DNA from: Candidatus Levybacteria bacterium RIFCSPHIGHO2_01_FULL_40_16
GTDB taxonomy: Bacteria > Patescibacteriota > Microgenomatia > Levybacterales > UBA12049
NCBI GenBank assembly: GCA_001783805.1
Contig: MFNS01000005.1
Coordinates: 1,636-65,635 of the forward strand
Length of the DNA: 64,000 nt
Direction: 5' to 3'
Shown here: piece after piece, positions 18,681 to 28,788 of the stretch
How positions within the stretch are numbered: position 1 is the first letter of the stretch
How the letters are laid out: every line of letters begins with the position of its first letter
The notes under the pieces: model-generated
Database searches by the model: none
What the model was told of the DNA's origin: nothing
What the model saw: the letters and a program-made list of their open reading frames with translations, nothing else
Made by a program: the position numbers and the translations under genes

Positions 18681-20795
18681 TTACTTGGAAGATTGGGTGG
18701 CGGTAGGAGGAGCGGGGATTTTAACCGGCGGATTTTGTGCAGGAAGTTGTGCTTCCGGTTTATTTACGTTAAGGGTTTGATTCTCATTGGTTGAAGGACT
18801 GACTGCCGCTTGGGCTTTGCCTTGGAGAACGGCAATCTCTTTGTCGATTTGATCTAAGGAAGTTTTGTCGTTAGCAACTAGAGTTCTTACCGCTTGGTAT
18901 TGTACTAAGGCATTTTGCAAATCTCCTTTTTGCTCCAGAGCATGACCTAAGTTATAATGTGAGTTTGCATAATCAGGCTTAAGAGAGACTGCGATTTGGA
19001 ACTGGCTTTGAGCATTGTCCCATTGCCCCATTTGATAATAAATACCTCCTAAGGCGATGTATTCCTGCGGGTTATTAGGATCAAGAGCGATTGCCTGCTG
19101 AGCAGTGGCAATCGCGAAACTCTCTGCATTTTGACCAAATCCGATCAAGCCTCGATATACGGAAGACAAATTTTGCCAGTTAAGATAGGTTTGAGGAGCG
19201 ACTGTCACTGCTCCTCGGGCGGCATTAATAGATTGCTGGATAAGTGTTGTGATATTTTGTTGGGTAGTTTGGCTTGGAGTAGAACCTGCCGACTGTTGAG
19301 ACGCAAGAGTATTAGCCAAAGCCAGATTTGTTTGAGAAAAAACCCGATAAAACCCATCCCGATACTGGAAATTTGAAATTGCCTGTGCTTGCAGCTGATA
19401 CGTCAAGGATCCATTATTTTGAGCTGCTGCCAGAAGAGATTTTTGGAAAGTCAGATCGGAAGTTACATAGGGGATACTAAAATAGCCTATAATTCCTACA
19501 ATTGCCAAGATGATCACGCCGGTAATTACGGGGAGAATTAGACTTTTCTCATTTTTTGCTGCAGGCGCTTCCATTGCGATAAGCCCTTTTCTAAGGGCGA
19601 CGATCCGAAGTTCAATGTCAAAAAATCTGTTTTGAGCTTTGTTGATTAAGCCTTGATTAGCGGCAAATAGTCCCAAGATTATGAAGAACAAGGTTTGCGA
19701 CGTAAAGCTTAAAGGCAAAAAAAGCGAAATCAGAAGCAGTACGATTACAGAAACAAGCATTTTATTTTGAGGACTGATGCGTACCTCCTTAAACACTCTA
19801 ATTAAGAGGAAGATGAAAGCGCATAAGCCCAATACCCCGGTTGTGGCTAAGAGTTCAAGTGCAAAATTTGAAGATTGGAAAAAAGTTAAATTCCAAAGAT
19901 CCGAATTTTGATTGAATGAAGCTTGTTTCCATTTTGAAAAATCAGTAGCATATGTTCCAAATCCGCTTCCCAGAAAAAAGCTCTGCGCTACGCGTCCCGT
20001 ATCCAGAGAAATTTCGGAAAAAGCCGTTTGAAATCCTGTTTCAATTGGCAGAAGAAGGGGTTTATTGAGCTTGAAGAGTGCATAAGTTGTAACAACAATG
20101 CCCATTAGAATCACCAAAGATGCTATTCCAAAGCTCACGGCTTTCGTCAATTCCCGACTGGACATGGAGGGATTAGCCGCATTTACAAAAGCGGCATCTG
20201 TTTGCGTCTTTGCTTTAAATTTAAGAAATCTGTAGATGTAATAAAAAGAGATGGCGAATACCAAAACCAGATAAATTTCCTGTTCGAGCATTGATCCGAG
20301 CGGCGTAAATGTCTGGACATGAGTTCCCGGGAAAGGCAGGATATAAATTTTAAAAAAAGACAAGGTTGCGGAGATAGATAATAAAACTGCGCCTATAATC
20401 AGAGAGGACATAAGGAAAAGAAGTGAGTTTTTGTCTTTAACTATATTAACAATTAGGAAAAATCCCAAGATCGCAAGGAAATAAGGGATAAAGGCTGTCA
20501 ATGCGTCTGCCCTATTGATTGCAAATAGGCTTGATAAAAAAGCGACCAGCGCCAGTGAAAGAACCGGAATGTCAAAAGCTGTTCTGTGTAACTTTACTGA
20601 TCTTTCAGCGAACATTCTTACGGCTTGAAGAACCAAAAGAACGAGAGCTACTCCTCCCAGCAACACCTGCTTGGGCAAAACAATAGGATTAGTAGTAATG
20701 GTCGTAAAAATAACCGGGAAGGCCATGAAGAGAATTCCCAAAAGGAATAAAGAAATATTCTGAACATATAAATTCAGTTCGTTTTTTTGTTCCAT
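18681..20795 (-). CDS. O-antigen-ligase-like multi-pass membrane protein with C-terminal TPRs
   Basis: About 11 TM helices, 'FFLGSGFGTY', 'SSNFALELLATTGVLGL' (Wzy_C-like), TPRs ('AIALDPNNP..YIALG..Y', 'LKPDYANSHYNLG'). Confidence 0.75.
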   Translation of the reverse strand: MEQKNELNLYVQNISLFLLGILFMAFPVIFTTITTNPIVLPKQVLLGGVALVLLVLQAVRMFAERSVKLHRTAFDIPVLSLALVAFLSSLFAINRADALTAFIPYFLAILGFFLIVNIVKDKNSLLFLMSSLIIGAVLLSISATLSFFKIYILPFPGTHVQTFTPLGSMLEQEIYLVLVFAISFYYIYRFLKFKAKTQTDAAFVNAANPSMSSRELTKAVSFGIASLVILMGIVVTTYALFKLNKPLLLPIETGFQTAFSEISLDTGRVAQSFFLGSGFGTYATDFSKWKQASFNQNSDLWNLTFFQSSNFALELLATTGVLGLCAFIFLLIRVFKEVRISPQNKMLVSVIVLLLISLFLPLSFTSQTLFFIILGLFAANQGLINKAQNRFFDIELRIVALRKGLIAMEAPAAKNEKSLILPVITGVIILAIVGIIGYFSIPYVTSDLTFQKSLLAAAQNNGSLTYQLQAQAISNFQYRDGFYRVFSQTNLALANTLASQQSAGSTPSQTTQQNITTLIQQSINAARGAVTVAPQTYLNWQNLSSVYRGLIGFGQNAESFAIATAQQAIALDPNNPQEYIALGGIYYQMGQWDNAQSQFQIAVSLKPDYANSHYNLGHALEQKGDLQNALVQYQAVRTLVANDKTSLDQIDKEIAVLQGKAQAAVSPSTNENQTLNVNKPEAQLPAQNPPVKIPAPPTATQSSK

Positions 20796-20868
20796 TAGCT
20801 TAGGTTAACAAGGACTTTAGGCAATGTCAAGAGGGGATATCCTGCAGAGAAATTTTCCGTCTGCCAAC

Positions 20869-23800
20869 TTAATTAACGATTAGCCAATTAAAGTCAATCG
20901 GGTGATTGGTGGGTGACTGCACTCCGACAGTAAATGACCCTTCGGCTCCGCTCGGGGCAGGTCCACGGGAAATTTGACGCATCAAGAATGGAGTTTGAGC
21001 GCTAGGTGTTCCAGCAGGAGTTATATAAATTACAGATTTGCTTGTTACCAAAGCGTTTCTAATCGTAATTTCCGATTGATAAGGGGCAATATTGGCAATT
21101 CCCGCAGAAGAACTGGCAATCACTTCTGTCGCAGAAACAGCCAAAACCGGTGCAACAAGGCTGAAATTAAGCTTGGCAAAAGTGCCTGATCCTGAAGCTG
21201 CTAAATCTCCGGCTTGATTTACAGACAAAACACTTGAACCGCTGGCATTATTCACAAGTAAGTCGGACGAAGGATGCGGAGAAAGAATATTTACAGCCAA
21301 CTTTCCGGTTACGGATAGATCTCCCTGAACCCTGATATTGCCTTGTGTATCAATGTAAATTAATCCGCCCATGATTGAAAGTCCTCCTTGTTTCAGACTT
21401 TGGAGGGATAAATCCGTGCCCAAAACTTCTAGGGAATTTTCTGTAATGTACATTATTCCTCCGATTGAAAGTCTGCCTGCAAGCGCCAGATCGGAAAGAC
21501 TGGTCGGACCAAAGACCATCAATCCTTGACTGAATTGAGCTCGCTCTGCGGTCAGATCGGGAATGTTGGAAAATTGAGCGGAGTAAGACGCAATATCCAT
21601 ATATGCAGAAACTTTCGCCTCAAGGCCGTCGATAGAGTCGGCAAGAATATTTTCTGCCCACAGGGTACCGCTGATGCTTGCATTACCTGTTGTTAAATTA
21701 CTACTATTAATAGTGCCGGAGAAAGAAGCATTACCCTGATCATCAATTTTGGCAATCGCAGACCCGCTTGAATTTTGGATTATGAATGATGAATCATGAA
21801 TCTCCGCAGAAGGCGTTGCCAGTTTCACTATTAACGATTTACCTAAAGGTGAAATAATATTGGTAGATAGCTGATCTATTCTCGCGACTGATGAGATTAT
21901 TCTCGGTTCTTGATTCATAATTCCTGATTCATTCACAACTCGAACAATATAATCTTTCAGACTCTGCCCACTAACTATTAGAGAATCGGAAGATACAATA
22001 AGAGTGTTCGTAATCACTTCAGAAGCGTTAATTAAACCTGCTACGGTCAGTGCTTGCGCATGAACGTAGCCTGCCTTAATATTTGCAGCTACGATTTCAA
22101 AAAATCCCCCGCTGTTGGTTAGAACTTCATTTTTAGAATTAGAAATAGAGTATCCGTTGGCGTTGGTACTGTTAATAATCAGGTCTCCGTTTTGGGCAAG
22201 ATAAGCTCCCGGGTCATACCAGGAGACATTAATTAAGATTGAGATTTTAACAACGCGAACAATATTTGATTTCAGAGGAATGTCCGGGAAACTGGTTTTG
22301 CTTCTATACTCCTTGCTTTCGGGATCATAATAGCCAACAACTTTTGATTCATCTATAATGCTTAAATTCTCCAAAGTCTTTCCTATAATTTGTCCTGCTT
22401 TTGTGGCTTTTATTGTAACTCCCGGGATATCCGATGACGTCAGCATATCTCCTGCTTTTATTTCTCCGTTGATGGTTGCAGCAAATGCTTCAACTTGTCC
22501 CGTAAGACCAACTGCTATGGAACCATTGCCTAGATTCTGTCCTCCCAGGAATGCAGGGCGCTCGGAAGCAACCCCAATAATTTTATTGTTATCGTTGCTG
22601 CATTTAACAATCAATCCGTTGTCTTTTAAACAGACAGCAGAGCCATATTCTATTACTTGGTTATTATCTTTTTTGAAATACTCGGCGAAATCTGCGGTTC
22701 CGCTGGTTGCATAAGTTACACCTGTTCCCGTGCTCCCTTGAATAGATCCGACAATACCGATTCCGGCCGTTTCAAAACTAATAAAGTGATTTGAAGCGGC
22801 AACGGCACTCGTTAAAGCATTGCCAAGCTTAACTATCAATCCATCCGCATCCGTCCCCGTATCGGTATTAAATATTTGAGCCGCAGCAGTTGCCAATTGA
22901 GAATCTTGAACATCAAGTTTAAATAAGGGCGTTGTTGTCCCGATTCCAACATTGCCTGCATTGAACCAAGAATTATTTGATCCCGCAATGTTTGTTCCGG
23001 TTAATTTGATTAAAGCTGAAGATGTTGAGGTTGCTCCTAATAATAAATCGAGCGTTGTGTTGCCGGGATAAATTGCCCCATTAGCTTGATTAAAAATGCT
23101 GGTGACGGAGCAGGAAGTAAAAAATGGAGTAGTTCCTCCCATCAGACAATCGGAGCTTGAGCCGGCGGACGCCTGATAGATCTTTCCCGAAGCATTTGTA
23201 TATAGAATACCACCGTTTGATGTTAAAGAAGAAAGAATTAGATTAGATTTTACTGTCGTATTTCCGCCTGAAATACCTAAATTAACGGTTGTGGCTGCGC
23301 CTCCCAAATTCAGGGTTGTAACAGTTGAATTTAGAAAATTGAAAGTGGTGGCTGCGCTCGTCAGGTCCCCGCCATTTACTACCAGGTCGCCGGTGAATTT
23401 GCCGGTTCCATCGTTCTCTACGACGAATTTGGCAGCCCCGGAGGTACTGGCGCTAATCAATGTCCCCGTTGAGTTTTGATTGATATACAGGGCTGCTTGC
23501 GCACTGGTGGTTGCCAATATTGCGACCGTATCATCAAACTCTACCGATCCCACGGCGGACACTAAATTGTTATTGTTTGTGCTATTCTGTATGGGTCTTG
23601 AGAGATCAATTTTTCCTAATCCATCAGGCGCGATTACGATATTGCTATTGCTTCCCGGAACAGTAGTCAAAGATAAAACTTTTCCCGAAAGCACAAGGCT
23701 TCCTCCAATTACCTGAAAGGTATGCGCTTGAGCGCCTGCGATACTTAAATTGCCGGAAGAATCCAAAGCTAAAACTACATTACTTACTTTGGCAGAATTG

Positions 23801-25314
23801 GTAATCGGTTCAAGGCCCTGCAGAGTTTCTGCGTTGCTGGCGAAAGGAACAGTTGCCAGTTCCTGACGAGGACGCAGCTCCGGACTATTTCCGACAGTAA
23901 TTCCTAAGAATAGCTTTGAATTTTGGCTAAAAACAGTGTCGGAAATAGGAGTTTTCTTTCCCAGAAGTACTGAAAAGATTCCATCCGAATCAGGCTTGAC
24001 AGCGTTGTTTTCCTGCCAGATGGCGGCTCCCGAGGATGCATTTTCATCATCATAAAGAGAAAAGAGAATGGCTGTTTCCTTAACAATTGGAGTTTCGGAT
24101 AAATCGGTAAGTTTTCCCTGGAAAGACAAGATTCGAGGCGGAGCGCTGGTAGAAGCTCCCAAGATAGCATTTTTTGCCTGGGTATTTGCAAAAAAACTGC
24201 TGTATATTCCAAAGCCAATTGCAGTAGCCAGTATCGTCAGTATTGCAAAGTGTAAATAATGTGTAAATGAGTATGAATGATATCTTTTGTACCAGTTTGG
24301 TCTGACGTGACGGATGTAATGCCAAATTCTTTGATGAACCGGTAGATAGCGGGTAGAAACATTCAGGGGAGCATAAAAATCCTTTTTGATGTTTGATATC
24401 TCCTCAGGCTGAGCTATTTGAAACGTCTTCGGGGCAGTCTTTTTAAATACCTTTTTTCCGGTGAGCTTCCAGAATAGATACCGTGTTGTTTCAAGTGTCT
24501 GAGCGAATGGCAAGATAAACAGATTATCAAAAAGAGAATTAACTCCTTTTATGCTTTTCTGCATTAGTCTTTCCGGTGGGAAAGAGGAATAAGCCGCCTT
24601 GTCATCCTGAGTACCCTTCGGGGTATCTTCGTCTTGTTTCGGGATTTCCTTAAGATTAGATGCTGGGATAAATTCAGCCTGACTTGAAGTCTGACCCGAA
24701 GGAATTAGCCTCTGGGTTTTGGCCCAGCCTATATAGCTTCTTAAGGAGGAAAGTTTTCTGTTAATAGTTGCGGGAGAGAATTTGGCTGCAGTTAGTCTTT
24801 GTTTATACTCTTCAATAATAGGAAAATTAATTTTGTTCAGCAAATTTCTGTCTGCTAGATTCCAGCTATACTTTACTAAAGCTACCTCCTCAAGCCAAGC
24901 AAAAAAACTTTTTACATCATTGATATAGTTTTTTATAGTAAGGTTAGTTTTTTTGGATTCCTTAAGAAAATTCTTGAAGCTTCTAATCATCCATGGATCA
25001 GCTTCAATTTTTTCTTTGTAGTCCGGAACAGGAAATAAATCAAAGATAATTATTCCCTGTGCCTTCAAGAAGTTAAAGAACTTGCGTAGGGAAGAAGTAT
25101 GTCTTTCCATTGAGCTTTCGGACAACCCCCTTTCCTGCTTATATTTTTGGAATATTTGTAAGGTAACTTTTGTCGGGTCAAAAGGAAATTTACATTCTTT
25201 CTCAAACCAGCTGATGAATTGTCCTATATCTGCCTTATAATTTTTCACGGTCAGCAAAGACCGTTTGGGTTTTTGATTTAAGAGAAATTCAACGAATTGC
25301 TGCGATAAATTCAT
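20869..25314 (-). CDS. 1481-aa membrane-anchored fibre-like protein with two N-terminal integrase SAM-like (core-binding) domains
   Basis: aa 1-90 and about 105-203: 'T(V/I)KNY..D...F..W' and 'SPATINRKLSSLRSY'; TM at about aa 352-374; 'NVGIGTTTP' and G/S/T/N-rich beta repeats; 'DFAEYF...GD.LTSS..PG...KAT..GQIIGK.LE' domain. Confidence 0.85.
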   Translation of the reverse strand: MNLSQQFVEFLLNQKPKRSLLTVKNYKADIGQFISWFEKECKFPFDPTKVTLQIFQKYKQERGLSESSMERHTSSLRKFFNFLKAQGIIIFDLFPVPDYKEKIEADPWMIRSFKNFLKESKKTNLTIKNYINDVKSFFAWLEEVALVKYSWNLADRNLLNKINFPIIEEYKQRLTAAKFSPATINRKLSSLRSYIGWAKTQRLIPSGQTSSQAEFIPASNLKEIPKQDEDTPKGTQDDKAAYSSFPPERLMQKSIKGVNSLFDNLFILPFAQTLETTRYLFWKLTGKKVFKKTAPKTFQIAQPEEISNIKKDFYAPLNVSTRYLPVHQRIWHYIRHVRPNWYKRYHSYSFTHYLHFAILTILATAIGFGIYSSFFANTQAKNAILGASTSAPPRILSFQGKLTDLSETPIVKETAILFSLYDDENASSGAAIWQENNAVKPDSDGIFSVLLGKKTPISDTVFSQNSKLFLGITVGNSPELRPRQELATVPFASNAETLQGLEPITNSAKVSNVVLALDSSGNLSIAGAQAHTFQVIGGSLVLSGKVLSLTTVPGSNSNIVIAPDGLGKIDLSRPIQNSTNNNNLVSAVGSVEFDDTVAILATTSAQAALYINQNSTGTLISASTSGAAKFVVENDGTGKFTGDLVVNGGDLTSAATTFNFLNSTVTTLNLGGAATTVNLGISGGNTTVKSNLILSSLTSNGGILYTNASGKIYQASAGSSSDCLMGGTTPFFTSCSVTSIFNQANGAIYPGNTTLDLLLGATSTSSALIKLTGTNIAGSNNSWFNAGNVGIGTTTPLFKLDVQDSQLATAAAQIFNTDTGTDADGLIVKLGNALTSAVAASNHFISFETAGIGIVGSIQGSTGTGVTYATSGTADFAEYFKKDNNQVIEYGSAVCLKDNGLIVKCSNDNNKIIGVASERPAFLGGQNLGNGSIAVGLTGQVEAFAATINGEIKAGDMLTSSDIPGVTIKATKAGQIIGKTLENLSIIDESKVVGYYDPESKEYRSKTSFPDIPLKSNIVRVVKISILINVSWYDPGAYLAQNGDLIINSTNANGYSISNSKNEVLTNSGGFFEIVAANIKAGYVHAQALTVAGLINASEVITNTLIVSSDSLIVSGQSLKDYIVRVVNESGIMNQEPRIISSVARIDQLSTNIISPLGKSLIVKLATPSAEIHDSSFIIQNSSGSAIAKIDDQGNASFSGTINSSNLTTGNASISGTLWAENILADSIDGLEAKVSAYMDIASYSAQFSNIPDLTAERAQFSQGLMVFGPTSLSDLALAGRLSIGGIMYITENSLEVLGTDLSLQSLKQGGLSIMGGLIYIDTQGNIRVQGDLSVTGKLAVNILSPHPSSDLLVNNASGSSVLSVNQAGDLAASGSGTFAKLNFSLVAPVLAVSATEVIASSSAGIANIAPYQSEITIRNALVTSKSVIYITPAGTPSAQTPFLMRQISRGPAPSGAEGSFTVGVQSPTNHPIDFNWLIVN

Positions 25315-25965
25315 ATGATCCTTCGACTTTGCTCAGGATGACATGTCAGCTACGAAATTATACACATTATACTGATTATTTGATTATCTGAAAATAAATC
25401 TATACAACTAGAATAAATAATTTTAAGGAACTTGTCAATAGCCTAAATGAAGGAAAAGCTGATATATTGTGATATGTTCCGATATGTCTGTTGTTTAATC
25501 AAAGTCTTGTGAAAACTCGGTGAAAACTGATAAGTGTTAATCGGGGATGTATATTCGAAAAATATTCGTATATTTGAATATTCCCTGAAAATTAGGTATA
25601 TATCAGAATATGTCAATCTACATTATTTGTTGGTTGTGTTTTGGATCTTTTTCTTCCAGATTTCACGCTCACTCTTATTGTACTAATAAGCATATTTAGC
25701 AGTTATAAGTAGAAAGTGATAGGGGAAGTTTTGTTTCATTTTGGATTGTAGGGATAAGATTAATTTTATGCTAAATATAGATTATTAATTATCCAGTCGG
25801 ATTTTTGGTAAAAATTCAGCCCGTTAGTTCATTTAGCCATATTTAGTTTTTCTACTCCAAAATTGAGTATAAGTAATAATAATCGCTAAATTTGTCTTTT
25901 CACGGCTTAAAAATCCTAAAGGCTGAGATAAAGCAAGTCGCTTGAGTGCATGATTATCTTTAAAA

Positions 25966-26973
25966 TTATACTTGCATTCGATCTTTATTCGCATACAGCT
26001 TAAGTCTATTTCTAATCACGATTACTGCGATTACCACAATCACGATTACGATTAAGATTAAAAGAGGAAAAGCAAAGAAGTGAATGGTTCTTGTGAAAGT
26101 AGGGCCCTCATTAGACATGGAGATATTTAGAGTTGCCGTATAGAGTCCCAAAAGAAAGCTCTCGTTCCATAAGGCAATTGGGTGTTTAAAATCAAAAGCG
26201 TTTTTTGTTTTCGTATTTGAATTATCTTTTAACCTCAGACTCTGCATATAAACGCCATTGGGAATCGCCCGGGTTGAACCCGATAAAACATTTATAAGAG
26301 TTAAATCAAGCTTACCAATGCTCTGACCAAACATATTCTTTATGGTAATTTCACCCTTCGGTTCTATGAAATGAGCTCCTTTATTATTGACTCTGATCGT
26401 AAAGGGCACCGGACCTTTTTCAAAGAAGATATTGGATGAAAATTCCTCAATAGTTGCTTTGGGAATTTCCAAAGCGCCAACAGATAACAAAACATTGGCC
26501 GCAATTCCAAGCTGATTTACGGAAAAATTTGATTCAACCGGAAAGGAATTGACGGATACAAATACAACTGAAAAATAATAGTCTGATATATTTGTATCTT
26601 GCGGTATGTTTATATCTAAATTCAAGCTTTTCTGCTGCTGTGGTCCTAGCGTGATACTTCCGACTGGCACATTAGCATCCAAAATTTGGATGCTCTTAAA
26701 AATTTCTGAGGTTTCTTTGGAATATTCAAGTTCCCCATTTTCCCCTTTAGCCTTAAAGGGTTTGAGTTGAATCTGAAGCGTAATTGGTGTATCACCCTTG
26801 TTTTGAATATTTAGTGCGCTGGTTATATTCGCCGGAGGAATAACTTTGATTACGATTATCGGCGGGTCAATAGATAAACTCAAAGGCGCTGCGGCTGCCG
26901 TTTGAGTAATAAACAAATAACCCAATAAGCAAATAAGCAAATAGGAAATCTTAAATCTTAAATCATTAATCAT
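25966..26973 (-). CDS. Secreted, C-terminally anchored protein (DUF916/WxL-partner-like)
   Basis: Signal peptide, 'LSIDPPII', Ig-like strands, 'NKGAHFIEPKGEITIKNMFG', 'NVLSGSTR', C-terminal TM + basic tail. Confidence 0.6.
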   Translation of the reverse strand: MINDLRFKISYLLICLLGYLFITQTAAAAPLSLSIDPPIIVIKVIPPANITSALNIQNKGDTPITLQIQLKPFKAKGENGELEYSKETSEIFKSIQILDANVPVGSITLGPQQQKSLNLDINIPQDTNISDYYFSVVFVSVNSFPVESNFSVNQLGIAANVLLSVGALEIPKATIEEFSSNIFFEKGPVPFTIRVNNKGAHFIEPKGEITIKNMFGQSIGKLDLTLINVLSGSTRAIPNGVYMQSLRLKDNSNTKTKNAFDFKHPIALWNESFLLGLYTATLNISMSNEGPTFTRTIHFFAFPLLILIVIVIVVIAVIVIRNRLKLYANKDRMQV

Positions 26974-26980
26974 AAATCTT

Positions 26981-27760
26981 TTAGAAGTTTGGTACTGCGA
27001 TATAGGTAATGATATTGCTGTAATTGCCTTGAGTTTGAGTTCCCGAAATATTTACTTTATAGGAGATACGGACAGCTTTATCATTCGAACCAATGCCTGC
27101 CATAATTGAGGTAGGATCGTCATTACTGGCAAGGTCGGGAAAATGTTTGTAAGAATTAGTTTTGGCAAATGAACTGTCGCAGTCAGTGCCGGTGACATTG
27201 TCACAGCGATATCCGAAACCATAGGTAAGCGCATTGATCCATTCGGATGCATTTTCAGTCCCGCACTGTCCGTTGTCGCAAGTTGTATCGGGAATAAAGG
27301 TTTTACTGACCGAAGCCGAGTTTAACTCGGTCGGGGGAATAATCGTTAAGGGATCATTCTCAAATACCAATACCGAGTACCCATAAACTGTCAGGCTATG
27401 CGTAGTTAAATCAACCGTACGGATTATGGGATTGGTCGGACTAAGAGCCCCAAAGTCAATGAGGCCAGAAGAAAGCAGAATGGAAAAAGGAATAGTAGCG
27501 GCAAGGTTTTCAAAGCCTGTTCTGACTTTAAAATTCACGCCTTCTGAAGTTATGGGATTAAGATCGCCGACCGTGGATCTCAAGCCGTAGTCTTTCCCGG
27601 CAGTCACACCGGAAAGCGTATTAAAGCCCTGCATTTTTATGATGTAACTGTCATTAGACATGGTTTGTGCGCCTACAGGCGCAGCGGTAGTATGTATGAT
27701 GAACGCAATAATAAAGAATATTTTTAAATTTCGATACATAATACTGAATACATAATACAT
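26981..27760 (-). CDS. Secreted Cys-containing surface protein (WxL-like)
   Basis: Signal peptide, 'IDFGALSP', C-terminal 'ISYKVNISGTQTQGNYSNIITYIAVPNF' strand pattern, four Cys. Confidence 0.55.
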   Translation of the reverse strand: MYYVFSIMYRNLKIFFIIAFIIHTTAAPVGAQTMSNDSYIIKMQGFNTLSGVTAGKDYGLRSTVGDLNPITSEGVNFKVRTGFENLAATIPFSILLSSGLIDFGALSPTNPIIRTVDLTTHSLTVYGYSVLVFENDPLTIIPPTELNSASVSKTFIPDTTCDNGQCGTENASEWINALTYGFGYRCDNVTGTDCDSSFAKTNSYKHFPDLASNDDPTSIMAGIGSNDKAVRISYKVNISGTQTQGNYSNIITYIAVPNF

Positions 27761-27841
27761 GATACCAAATCATTCCAATCGTAGGGAATCTTGGCTAAAA
27801 TTGCAACCGCTTTTCCTGCAGGCTGAACGTGCAAAGCCTTT

Positions 27842-28747
27842 TTAATATTGTCTGATTGCCAACCGGTGCTCTTTTAAGCCTTGGGCATAAAGCTGTTGGA
27901 TTTGAGAAAGCGAAAAAGCTTGTTTGTAAATGCGCACATCATCAATAAAACCATTGAAGGAGCGATTGCTTGGGCCATACGGATATGAACCGATCCCCAC
28001 TAGTGCATTGTTGCTGTCCATAGTTAACCCAAGCACATCAGTGCGGTTTTGAACCAACTTTCCATCCAGCCAGAGTTCCATGCCCCTTTTTTTAGTGTCG
28101 AAAACCCCCACTACATGGTGCCATTCATTTGTGGTAGGAATTACCTTACCGACCCCATAGTAATTTCCACCGTTATTGAAAGAAGCAGTAAAAGCAAGCC
28201 CGGGGCCGCCTTCATCATTTGTTCTTTCGTCATTTCTTAATATATAATTTGCCGTTGAAAGCTCTTTCGTTAAAATATGGTAACGACCAGTTGCGCCAAA
28301 ATCTCTTTTAGTGTAAAACCAAGCTTCAACGGTAATTTCGTTAGTGGCATCCAAGGCATTGGAATCAGCTATTTGCACATAATCATCCACTCCGTCAAAA
28401 CTGTATGCCCTGTTTGCTCGCCCCCTTCTATCTGCGTCTAGGATAGGACCATTTACCGTACCGTTATTCCCGTATCCCGAAGTATCCTTAGCAGAGCCCT
28501 GAATCTCCTCATCAAATGTCCATTCTCCCACCAGATTAATAGCCAGAGAATTTTGTACGCTGGCTGCAAATGTTTCCGCCTTAGCCAGATTGGCAGAATT
28601 AATTTTCGCTACAGGATTAATAGCCGCGATAACTCCGGCTGCGAGAATTCCTAAGACTGCGATAACGATGAGAAGTTCAATAAGAGTAAAACCAGGTGCA
28701 GTCCTGTACCTGGTGAAACCTTTTTGTTTCTTTATGCAATCAATCAT
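27842..28747 (-). CDS. Type IV pilin-like protein with LamG/ConA-like domain
   Basis: Prepilin 'GFTLIELLIVIAVLGILAA'; 'GEWTFDE...DTSGYGNNG', 'FDGVDDYV', 'FNGFIDDVRIY'. Start uncertain (ORF track opens at 28786). Confidence 0.9.
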   Translation of the reverse strand: MIDCIKKQKGFTRYRTAPGFTLIELLIVIAVLGILAAGVIAAINPVAKINSANLAKAETFAASVQNSLAINLVGEWTFDEEIQGSAKDTSGYGNNGTVNGPILDADRRGRANRAYSFDGVDDYVQIADSNALDATNEITVEAWFYTKRDFGATGRYHILTKELSTANYILRNDERTNDEGGPGLAFTASFNNGGNYYGVGKVIPTTNEWHHVVGVFDTKKRGMELWLDGKLVQNRTDVLGLTMDSNNALVGIGSYPYGPSNRSFNGFIDDVRIYKQAFSLSQIQQLYAQGLKEHRLAIRQY

Positions 28748-28788
28748 TAATTTAAGTTTAAGCGTAAATAAAAAGGAAGTCAACAAAG

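Noticed and set aside
20869-25314. Active integrase or prophage
   Set aside because: Only core-binding domains are visible; there is no catalytic domain, no att pair and no capsid, terminase or portal genes nearby.
25747-25776. Canonical dif site
   Set aside because: The right arm resembles the XerD site, but the left arm is poor and the spacer would be 8 bp; kept only as a weak note in the findings.
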